Assembly: GCA_000388065.2 (NCBI GenBank)
Contig: KB932207.1
DNA: 17,771 nucleotides
Source: Fonticula alba ATCC 38817
Lineage: Eukaryota > Protista > Nucleariida
Reading direction: 5' to 3' (one strand)
The stretch's first letter is position 1, and the number at the start of each line of letters is the position of its first letter. This document shows, piece after piece, positions 1 through 9,736 of this stretch. The translations under genes and the position numbers were made by a program. The notes under the pieces were generated by a model. That model saw nothing but the letters and a program-made list of their open reading frames with translations. It was not told where the DNA came from and did no database searches.

Positions 1-221
1 CCCCCCCCGCCAAGCGAGCAATCTCAGGGCCCCCGAAAACGGTGCGTGGCCCGGCCGTGCGCGGACAGCGGCAAGCCACCACATTGCCGTCCTCTCCTCT
101 CCCCCCCCCCTCTCTCTCCTCCTCCTCCTTCCCCACTCCTCCCACTTCTCCCTCTCCCCTGTGTTTGGCGGTGATCAGCTCGACGCGCGCATTCGGAGCC
201 GCGAGCAGGCAAACGATCCAT

Positions 222-257
222 GTATGTATCTGCACCAGCCACACACCCGCACGCACG

Positions 258-293
<36 letters not shown>

Positions 294-338
294 CCGACTC
301 TGATGGTCCACTTACCCTTTGCCTGCCCATGCGCAGCA
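222..338 (+). other. Putative 5'UTR intron of UTP21 (GTATGT donor at 222; tandem CAGCAG acceptor ending 336 or 339)
   Basis: Donor GTATGT is identical to the thymosin-like gene's UTR intron donor. It contains a (CA)n tract and ends in GCGCAGCAG just before A-ATG 341. Its size matches the other introns. No transcript evidence. Confidence 0.55.
249..291. repeat. (GCAC)n/(CA)n microsatellite
   Basis: Directly visible: gcacgcacgcacgc followed by about 14 AC units. Confidence 0.9.
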
Positions 339-340
339 GA

Positions 341-755
341 ATGTCCTCCCTGGATCTGGCCACCTCGGCCGTCTCCTCCCATCTGTATGAGGAGTTCCGC
401 AAAATCGGCCTCGTGTCGGACGCGGTGCCGATGCACATTCAGGCCCATGCCCGCGGCTATTTCATCATCACCAGTATCGGCAACTCCTTCCACATCTATG
501 ACGTGCGCACTCGGACCGAGTCACTTTGCCGGGGCCCTCCTTCTGCCAATCGCCCTCTCCTCTCCTTGACCATGGCCGCCCTCGTTTTTGGAAAAATCCG
601 TCGCTCACCTTCCCGCTCATACACCACCTTCAACCCACAGGGAAGCAAAATGCGTCTCCTCTTCGTCGGTACGCCCTCGAGCACACCCACGCACGCATCA
701 TCCCCACATGCTGCCCTCGTGCATGCGTCGATGTGAGCATCTTTCTGACTCCTCC

Positions 756-795
<40 letters not shown>

Positions 796-3700
796 CCCCC
801 GTTCCCCCTCCATCCAGGCCCCCAGTTTGAGCACCCAGTCGCGGCCATCTCCTCGCACCAGCAGCTGACCTTCGTGGCTACCGGCAAGGATGTGGCTGTG
901 TGCGAGCGTGGTCGCGAGCGCCGCCGCCTCCAGGCCCACAAGGCCCCGGTGACCCAGCTGTGTGTCATCGGGTCCGGGGACTTCCTGGTGTCGGCCGACA
1001 CCAGCGGCACTGTCTGCGTGTGGGATCTCCTGAACATCCGCCAATTCCCCAACCAACCTGCCGGTGCGTGCTGGCGCCCTCTGCTTTTCCTTCCCCTGTG
1101 GGCCCCCACCACCGCGGCTCTTTTGTTGCTCCCCGGTCCGGGACTCACCTCTCCCCATCCGGCGGCGGGGGGCCTCCTCCCTTTGCACAGTCACCCCCCA
1201 TATGACCCTGGAAATGGGGGACACCTTCGTCCCGACGGCCCTGCTGCAGCCGAGCACCTACGTCAACAAGGTCCTGGTTTGCTCGGCGTCCGGCATCATG
1301 CAGCTGTGGAACGTCCGCTCCGGCAAGCAGATTTTCCAGTTTGCGCAGCTCCCGGCCTCCGTGGTGTCGGTGGTCCAGTCGCCCGTGCTCGACGTGATCG
1401 GCCTCGGCCTGTCCAATGGTTCGGTGCTCGTGCACAACCTCAAGCATGACAAGACTCTGATGACCTTCCGTGTGGATGGCCCGGTCCTGAGCCTGGCCTT
1501 CCGTAGTGGTGCGCCCTCGATCACCTGCCCTTGCCTCCCCTGGGCCCCCCTGACACTGATGCCCCATTCCTTCCCTCGCTTTTCCCTGTCTCTCTTCCTG
1601 CCGCATTTGCAGATGACGCCCCCATCCTGGCGGTCGGTGACCACCAGGGCCAGATCGCCACCTTTGATTTGGAGAAGCGTCGTCTGGTGAATGTGGCCCA
1701 CGCGGCCCATGAGGCCGGCGTGAGTGCGCTGCACTTCGTCGCCAACACCGGGGTCCTTCTGTCCTCCAGCGCGGACAACAGCATCTGTGCCTGGGTGTAT
1801 GACCAGCCGAACGGTCCCTCGCAGCTGCTGCGCTCGCGCTCCGGTCACAATGCCCCCCCGAACTTCATTCGGTGCGTCCATGCTCGAGGGGGGGGGGGGG
1901 GGGGGGCCGATTTCTTGCCACCCGCGTGCCCTGTGACCCCGCATGGCGGCAACGCCCAGCATCATGCTTGGCCCCTGCGTTTCTTTCCCCGCGCCTCTCT
2001 GACTGGTCCCTGTGTCCGCTTGGGTGTCGCCATGCCACGGCAGCTTCTATGGCGCCATCGACAGCATGTCCCTCGGGCATGTGTTGCTCTCTTCCGGCGC
2101 AGATCGCGCCCTCCGGCTGTTTTCTTTGATCCGCGACGCGCAGGCCGTCGAGTTCTCCCAGGGATCCCTGCGCGCGGTGGCCAACAAGCGCCACGTCACC
2201 ATGGCCTCCCTGCGCCTGCCGCCGGTTCTGCAATTCTCCTGGTGTACGACCACTCGCAGGGCCCCCTTTCCAAGATCGCCCCCGTCTCCCTCCTCCCACT
2301 AACAGGCGCACACGCCTGGCCCTGCTGTGCTCCTCCCTTGCGCCGCACTTTTGACAGCGGATGTGCGCGAGCGCGACTGGCATAACATCGCCACCTGCCA
2401 TGTCAACCACCCGACTGTCTACCTTTGGTGGACGGAGAAGCGTGCCCTGTCCGATGTGAAGATCCTCTCCAAGGATGGCTCCAATGCCAAGGTCCGTCAG
2501 CGCGCGTCCATCCGCATGCGATATTCCTCTTCTCCATCTCCCCCCCCCCCTTTTGTTCCCACCCCCCCCCCCCCCACCCCCCCCCCCACACCCCCAACCC
2601 CCACCCCCCCACCCACCCGCTCCCGCTCCCCCATGCCCCCTCCCCCATCGCGACCACAGAGCGTTTGCATTTCCTTCTGCGGCAACTATCTGGCTGTGGG
2701 TTACGAGTCTGGGCGCATCGACACCTTCAACGTCCAGTCCGGCTACCATCGGAGCACGTATCTCGGCCACAGCCTCAGCGTAACCGGGCTCTGCTTCGAT
2801 GCCACGGCTCGGTCGCTGGTCAGCTGCAGCCTCGACGGCACGGTCCAGGTGTGGCCCTTCCACACGTCGTTCGTCTCGTCGGCCGGTGCTGGCTCCAAGG
2901 TCACCAGCCTGCCGCTGAACCTGGACCCGGAGTCTGGCCCGGTCACCCGCATGATGATCCACCGGGAAAATGGCCTGCTGGCCGTGGTGACAGATGACTG
3001 CATGATTCGCCTGTTCGATTTGGAGACCCAGCGCCTGGGGCGTGTGTTCAGCGCCCAGGACTCGCCGGTGGTGGACATCGTGCGTGCCTGTGCATCTGCC
3101 TCGCCCTCTCTCCCTCCTTCCCTCTCGCCCCCATCTCTTGCCCTTTGTTCCTCTCCCCTTTTTTCTCTCGCTCCCCCTCTACGCCTGAAAAAAAAAAAAA
3201 GGCCCACCGGGAGGGCCGTGGCTCTCGGCCCCATCCGGCCCACATGTGCTGACCATGCGCACTCACATGCACGCACCACCACTCATCAAGGCCTTCTCCG
3301 TGGATGGGCGGTCTCTGCTGGCCGTCACCACGGATGCCCACCTGCGTGTGTATGACATCCCCTCCTCGCTAACGGTGGACACGATGAAGCTGCCGGCGGT
3401 GCCGACTTCCATCGCGGTGGCTCCCCGTGGGGACTTCATTGCCATCACCTTTGTCGACGACTTGGCGGTGTCGGTGTATGCCCTGGCCACGGGGATTGCC
3501 CAGGCGCGCGCCGCTGCCGCCGACTACGAGCGTGTCACCCTGGAGCGCACGCGCCTGGATGAGGGCATGGTCGACGGGGTGGTCACCCTGAGTATGGTCC
3601 CGCGCGCTCGCTGGCACAACCTCCTCCATTTGGATGCCATCCGCGAGCGCAACAAGCCGCTCGAGGCGCCCAAGCTGCCGGAGAAGGGTGCGTTGCCCAT

Positions 3701-4714
3701 CTGCGGCCGATCACGAGGGGGGGGGGGCGGGGAACTCCTCCCTCCGGGTGGAGACCATGTGCCCTATATGCTTTTGACTCGGCTCCCTTCTGACGCCTCC
3801 CACTCCCTCCCCTTTCTCGCCTCTCTTCGCCTCTGCTTTTGCCGGACTCGCGCCGGGATATAGCTCCCTTCTTCCTTCCTTCCAAGACCGCTGTCACCTC
3901 GACGCTGCTTTCCCGCCCCGGGGAGTCCATCGAGGAGGAGGAGGCCGCCCTCAAGGAGGCCTCCCGTGTCATGCGTATGGGCACCGCCGGCGCGGAGACC
4001 CCGCTCACATCGGCCCTGCGTCAGGCCTCCGAGGCCATTGCCGCCGATTCGGAGGTGGACACTTTCTGTGCGTCATTCACCTCCCCCCCTGCCCGGCAAG
4101 GAAGAATCCCGCCCGGGGCGCGGTGTACACATGCGTGCACTCGTCCCGGGCCTCGGGGCCTTTTTTTTCTGCTTGGTGTACCTGCTCACTTGCTTCAGCT
4201 CCTGCTGGTTGCTAACCGCGTGCTCATCCTGCACCTGCCTCCCGGGGCCGGGGGGGGGGGGGCGATTTCCCTGCGCACCTCCGCAGACACTGCGGCCCTT
4301 GAGCACTTGACGCGCCTGGCTCCGTCCGGTGTGGACTTTGAGATTCGCTCGCTCCGCTATGACCCGCCCAGCGGCACGGACCCTGCGGCCAACATTTTCG
4401 CCGCCAATCCCGCCCCGGCGACCGAGCTGGCTCGCTTTGTGGACTTCCTCACCTGGGCCACGCGCCGCCATCGGGACTTCGAGCTGGTGCAGGCCTGGAC
4501 CACGGTCACTCTGCGTATCCATGGGGACCGTCTGCTGCCGGGGGTTGAGGAGTCGGCCGAGGCCGGCGACGTGCCGGTCACCGCCCTGGACATGGATCTC
4601 ACCCGGCGCATGAACACCCTTCGCCGGGAGCAGTCCCAGGCCTGGTCGCGTCTGTCGGACTCCTACCGCGAGGCCATTTGCCTGGTGGACTTTGCCCGGC
4701 GCGCGGTTGTCTGA
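341..4714 (+). CDS. UTP21: U3 snoRNA-associated protein 21 / WDR36 (SSU processome UTP-B subunit), spliced; exons 341-502, 641-668, 818-1063, 1191-1508, 1613-1871, 2044-2243, 2358-2491, 2660-3079, 3291-3687, 3864-4067, 4287-4714 (2796 nt, 931 aa + stop)
   Basis: Exon peptides follow the Utp21/WDR36 family in order: LYEEFRKIGLVSD..FHIYD, STYVNKVLV..LWNVRSGK, SPVLDVIGLG, LLRSRSGHNAPP, ERDWHNIATCH, SVCISFCGNY, TLSMVPRARWHNLLHLDAIRERNKPLEAPK..APFFL, APSGVDFEIRSL, DFELVQAW. All ten introns are GT..AG with consistent phases, and the exon sum is divisible by 3 and ends at TGA 4712-4714. Start at ATG 341 is preferred; in-frame ATG 329 is an alternative if the UTR intron is not spliced. Confidence 0.95.
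757..791. repeat. Poly-C homopolymer (35 nt) in UTP21 intron 2
   Basis: Directly visible, lying between a CTGAC branch-like motif (~745) and the CAG acceptor at 817. Confidence 0.9.
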
Positions 4715-5685
4715 GAGGTGGAGCCAAGAGAACCCCCGAGAGGGGCACAACACAGGGGTCGGTCCTTCGGTTGGCCGCTGCCGCTTGGGTGGGGATCCCT
4801 CCCCCCCCCCCCTCGCACCAACGTCGCCGGGCCATGGGGCAGAAGGAAGGGGGCTGGCATGCGCCGGGCGCGTAGGCGGAGTAGAGCGACAAGCCTAGGA
4901 CCCAAGGGGCCGGGCAAGCCGGAGCCGCCTGCCTCCTGCTGCCTCTCGCTCTCCTCTTCTTCTTCTCCCTTTTCGCCGCAGGGCACAGAGGCCGGCGCCA
5001 CGCTGCTGCCGTCCTGCTTTTGCCTGCTGTACATGCCGGCTCCCTTGTACCTCCTCCTCCCCCCCCCCCCCCTCCCCCCCGGAATCATGCAGCTGCCCGA
5101 ATATCCTCTTTTTGCACACCCAAAACACCCACACCCACCAATAGAGAAGTCAAATCACAGGCTCCCGTGTGTGCACGCAGGCCTCGCGCCCATGTCCCAC
5201 CAGCCGACGACTTGGGGACCACACGGGACGGCGGGCGAGGAAACCAAAAAGAAAACAATCTCAATACACCCTGAAAAAGAGGCACACACACACAGACGAG
5301 GGCGCTTTTGGGAACACGCGGGGACGTAGATACATTCAGCATACATGATACCACGCACATGCGCGGAGGCACATCGCCAGAAGAGGAGACAGGAGAGTGA
5401 GCGAGAGAGGAAGAAAGCGAGCGGGAGAGAGAGAGAGACAGAGGGAAACCGGAGGATGGAAAAGAGCGCGCAGGCACCAGGCCGCAGGCTGCTTGGCCCT
5501 CTTCGGTTGTCCCTCTCTCTCTCTCCGCCCCTCACCGTGGCTTCACGCCTGGGTGCGAAGAAGCAGCGCACACGTACAGACGCGCACCCTCATGCATGGT
5601 GCCTCTCTCCCCCTGCCGCCCGACGACAAAGGGAGCCGTGCACATTCACAGCGCACACACACACACACACACACGCGGGTGCGAC

Positions 5686-7474
5686 TTAGGCGATCTTCAG
5701 GCCAGCCATGGAGGACTCGATGGAGTTGATGGACCAGACGACCACCTTGCCATCGAGGCCGGAGGAGGCGAAGGCGGTGACGCGCGAGCCGGAAGACTCG
5801 TACGGCGACAGCTGGGTGATGGCGTTCTGGTGGACGGTCGGCAGGGAGGTGTCGGTCTCCTGCTGGCCGCGGGAGTCCAGCTGACGGAACATGTTCATGG
5901 CGGCCGAGGCACCGGAAGCCGGGCCGGCGGAAGAGGACTTCTTCTCGGTGGCATCCAGCGGACGGACGTAGGCCCACTGGCCATCATGGCCACGAGTGAA
6001 CAGGTGGATGTTGGCATCGTGGCCACCGGCGATGACGCTGTTGTCGGAGGCCCAAATGACGGAGCGCTGGGGCAGGCCATTGAAGTTGACGGTCTGCACG
6101 GTGGCCCCCTCGTCGCTGGTGACGAAGTGCACGCTGGAGCTGTGGGACACCCAGGCCAGGGTGTTGCCATCGGGCGAGAACTTGACCGAGTGGACCCAGC
6201 CACAGGCGCTGGTGCCGCAGGCACCGCGGAACTCATGGTAGCAAGTGTCGAAGGACAGCTTCGAGCCCCAGGGGGTGGGCTCCGGCCGGGCGGTCTCAAC
6301 CTCCTTGATGCCGGCGAAGAAGACGCGCACGGTGAAGTCCGCGCAGCCGGCCGCCACCAGCACCGAGTTCGGGTGCCAGTCCAGCGAGAGGATGGTCGAG
6401 CGGATGGGCTTCTTGATGTGACGGCAGGCCCACCAGTCGTGCTGCGGCTGGAAGTAGCAGATGGAGATGGTGCGCGCGCCGGAGGCAACGGCGATCTTGC
6501 GCTCATCCGGCGACCAGCGGACGCAGGTGGCCGCGCGGTTGATGCGCAGCAGCACCAGCTTCGGGCGCCAGGCCACACCATCCTCGAAGGACCAGACGTA
6601 GGCGTTGCGATCCTGCGAGCAGGTGACAATGCGGTTGGACTCCGGGGCCCAGTCGATGCCGGTCACCAGCTTGTCGTGCTCGGCCAGCACGAAGGCCGGA
6701 GCCGAGGTGTCCCAGTTGGCACCGTTGCGGCGGTAGATGAAGACCTTCTCGGAGTTGGCCGAGATGGCGATCACTGGCGGGGGNNNNNNNNNNNNNNNNN
6801 NNNNNNNNNNNNNNNNNNNNNNNNNNNNNNNNNNNNNNNNNNNNNNNNNNNNNNNNNNNNNNNNNNNNNNNNNNNNNNNNNNNNNNNNNNNNNNNNNNNN
6901 NNNNNNNNNNNNNNNNNNNNNNNNNNNNNNNNNNNNNNNNNNNNNNNNNNNNNNNNNNNNNNNNNNNNNNNNNNNNNNNNNNNNNNNNNNNNNNNNNNNN
7001 NNNNNNNNNNNNNNNNNNNNNNNNNNNNNNNNNNNNNNNNNNNNNNNNNNNNNNNNNNNNNNNNNNNNNNNNNNNNNNNNNNNNNNNNNNNNNNNNNNNN
7101 NNNNNNNNNNNNNNNNNNNNNNNNNNNNNNNNNNNNNNNNNNNNNNNNNNNNNNNNNNNNNNNNNNNNNNNNNNNNNNNNNNNNNNNNNNNNNNNNNNNN
7201 NNNNNNNNNNNNNNNNNNNNNNNNNNNNNNNNNNNNNNNNNNNNNNNNNNNNNNNNNNNNNNNNNNNNNNNNNNNNNNNNNNNNNNNNNNNNNNNNNNNN
7301 NNNNNNNNNNNNNNNNNNNNNNNNCGGGGGTGCGGGGGTGCGGGCGTGCGGGCGTGCGGGCGTGCGGGCGTGCGGGCGTGCGGGGAGGGGAGACGCACTG
7401 GTGCGATCCTTGTTGTAGGCGAAGCAGACAACCGGAGCCGGGGGGTTGACGAACTGCGTGATGGAGGTGCTCAT
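5686..7474 (-). CDS. ARPC1: Actin-related protein 2/3 complex subunit 1 (p40/p41, WD40); exons 7474-7399 and 6773-5686 (1164 nt, 387 aa + stop)
   Basis: The spliced product reads MSTSITQFVNPPAPVVCFAYNKDRT-M-IAISANSEKVFIY...EHDKLVTGIDWAPESNRIVTCSQDRNAYVW..WRPKLVLLRINRAATCVRWSP..ASGARTISICYF..DWWACRHIKKPIRSTILSLDWHPNSVLVAAG..TPWGSK, the ARPC1/Arc40 signature. Kozak GCCACCATG at 7474, GTGCGT donor at 7398, CAG acceptor ending 6774, phase 1 on both sides, TAA at 5688-5686. Confidence 0.97.
6784..7324. other. Scaffold gap (541 N) inside the ARPC1 intron
   Basis: Run of N flanked by a G-run and a (GCGGGCGT)n tandem repeat. Confidence 0.99.
7325..7382. repeat. 8-bp tandem repeat (GCGGGCGT)n at the 5' end of the ARPC1 intron
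   Basis: About 5 perfect plus 2 degenerate units running into the gap. Confidence 0.85.
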
Positions 7475-9700
7475 GGTGGCGATGTGTGCGTGTTTTGCGC
7501 GCGGGGCAGGAGGAGGTGGAACCAAAAACTACGCCGACGAACGCGTGTGATCGTGTCAGTTGGCCGACAGGCGGGCGGGGGAGAGGGGGGAGGGGGGAGG
7601 GGGGGGTGGAGCCGATGGGTGTAGGAGGGGCGCAAGCGGGGCAGGGCGGGGCGAGGAGAAAGGGAGGACGAGCGACGAGGCGACGGACCAGGAGAAGGGG
7701 ACTCTGGTCAGTCTACCCTGAAAATGGATTGTGCCCCCCAGGCCCGCGGCCGGGACGCCAGGGGCATGTCCCAGAAAAGTGCCCTTGAAGCAAGTGCCCC
7801 GAAGGGGACGCATCGCCCTGTGCCCTGCGCCCGTCCCGTCGTCCCCCCTCTCTCCTGCCGCGACCCCCCCCCCCCCCGCCCTGCCCCGCCCCCTCCCTCC
7901 TTGCCTTCGCTTGTGTGTCCGTCCCTGCGCCTGCCTCCTCTCGGGGTGGGCTGGTCGGGGAAAAAAACCCTGCCCCCCAGACACTCCGGGGAGGGACGCC
8001 CAAGAGGAGGGTGTGGTGAGAGAGAGAGAGAGAGACGCGCGAAAGGCACGAACCGGGCACAACGCCCGCCAAGGGCCGCCCAGGGCCGCCTGGCCGCTAC
8101 CGCAAATGGGTGAACAATGCTTCCTCATCATCACCCTCGCCCCCCCCCCCCCCCGTCTCCCCCACTGTTGATGGCCACCGGGGGGGGGGGGGGGGGGGGG
8201 GGGGCGAGAGGCCGGAGACGGGCAGTCAGGAAAAATAACAACCGCCGGAATGCGCACTCGGGAATGAGCGTCTGGAGGGAAAGCTCGAGCAACAGCAGAA
8301 TGATGCGACAGGAAATGGTGTTCCCTTCTGGGGCGTGATCCCGGCGGTGTGATACAAATATGCGCGCCTGGCCAATCACCGATGTCCAGCGGAAGCGCGT
8401 CGTCCGACACCCCACGGCTGTCCCCCCGAGAGGGAGAGGGAGGCGGGCCCCCCAGCGCCGGGGCGTGAGACAAAATTTCCCCCCACACGATCCCGGGCCT
8501 CGGCTCCGGGAAATCCCCCACCCCCTCCGGGGCCCTCCTTTGGCTGCCCGCATGCCTGCCTGCCGGGGAGGGGCAGGCGGCCGGAGCCCCGACCGCGCCC
8601 GCGCCCGCGCCCGCGCCCCCCTCCGCCAGCCGCCGCTGCCGCCGCCTCCCCTCCTCGGGCCCTGCCTGCGACCTCCGGCAGTCGCGCAGACGACCGGTGT
8701 GTAATTGCTTTCCTCAGGGGCCGGGGCGCCTCGGGGTGTGCACCTGGCCGGGGCGCGGTCATAGACGACGGTGGGAAGGGCAAGGGGAGGGGAGGGATTC
8801 GCCGCCGCGCTCAAGGCTGGAGCAGCCCGTACACACAAACGCCCGAGCCAGGGGGGGGGAGGGGGGGGGGGGGGGCATCAACAAAGGCGCCCCCGATGCG
8901 GGAGGTGCTTCGAACCCCATCTCGGTGGCCCGAGCCGCGCTGCGAGGGCGCAGGGGCGGCGCGGGGGCCGAGGCGCGGGGGAAGGCTTGGGTGGACGCGA
9001 TTGGCTTGCACACAAGACAGAGTCGGGGGACCGCGCCCGCGAATGGAAGCCGGCAGGCAGTCCCGGGGGCGGGGGGGGGGGGGGCGGGACCATCCCAGGG
9101 CAAGGAGGAATCCCCCCGGGGAATTCCCATTCAAATCAGCACCGCACAAACAGATCCTCCCAGGCGCGCGGAGGGCACACCAGGCAAAGCCCACCGGCCG
9201 GGCCACTTTACGCACCCCCCGATCGCCAGCAATGCGCCCCGCGCGGTGGGGCTATGTGTAACCAAGCAGGACGGCGGCCAAGAGGCCAGGTATGCATGCC
9301 ACGAAGGAGGTAGCGACAGCAGCAGCAACAGCGCCGGCGCCCCGGCGCCGGCGGCCGGAGGTCGCACAGCGAACGCAGCACACAGACCCCCGGGAGGGGC
9401 CGGGCGCAGGGCAGCCGGGCTTCTCTGGTGTTCTCCTGTGTGGCCTTTTTTTTTCCAGACGATGGAAGAAGGAACGCCATCAAGCATACGGAGATTCCAA
9501 AAATGGCGGGCACTAAAAATGCGGATTAAACTAGCCACCACATACAGGCACACATATCTAGAAGGGCGAGAAACGAGCGGCGCACATGCGCCGGCCCGCA
9601 CCCCCGCTCCCTCTCGCGCCCTGCGCTCGCCCCGTGCCCGGGCCGCCACTGGCAGATGCCGCACCGGAGGAAAATCATGAGTGGACATTCCACTGGGCTG

Positions 9701-9736
9701 CCCCTCGCGCCCCTCGCGCCCCTCGCGCCCCTCGCG
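9701..9736. repeat. 9-bp tandem repeat (CCCCTCGCG)x4
   Basis: Four perfect units at 9701, 9710, 9719 and 9728. Confidence 0.9.

Noticed and set aside
42-569. ORF 42-569 or ATG 291 as the UTP21 start
   Set aside because: Wrong frame relative to the Utp21-homologous peptide, and it translates microsatellite sequence.
5596-7449. 617-aa plus-strand ORF and other long ORFs overlapping UTP21, ARPC1 and ODC (e.g. 15696-16982 +, 1865-2962 -)
   Set aside because: Antisense or alternate-frame shadows of GC3-rich real genes, and partly read-through of Ns.
8905-8940. Pol III B-box-like GTTCGAAGC on the minus strand with an adjacent hairpin, as a possible tRNA or SINE
   Set aside because: The T-stem does not pair, the neighbouring hairpin has a 4-nt loop, and there is no A-box or cloverleaf.
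8508-9128. Three kappaB-like decamers (GGGAAATCCC 8508-8517, GGGGGATTCC on - at 9107-9116, GGGAATTCCC 9119-9128)
   Set aside because: The degenerate G/C-rich consensus is expected about once or twice by chance in a few kb of this composition, and there is no evidence here for a Rel factor.
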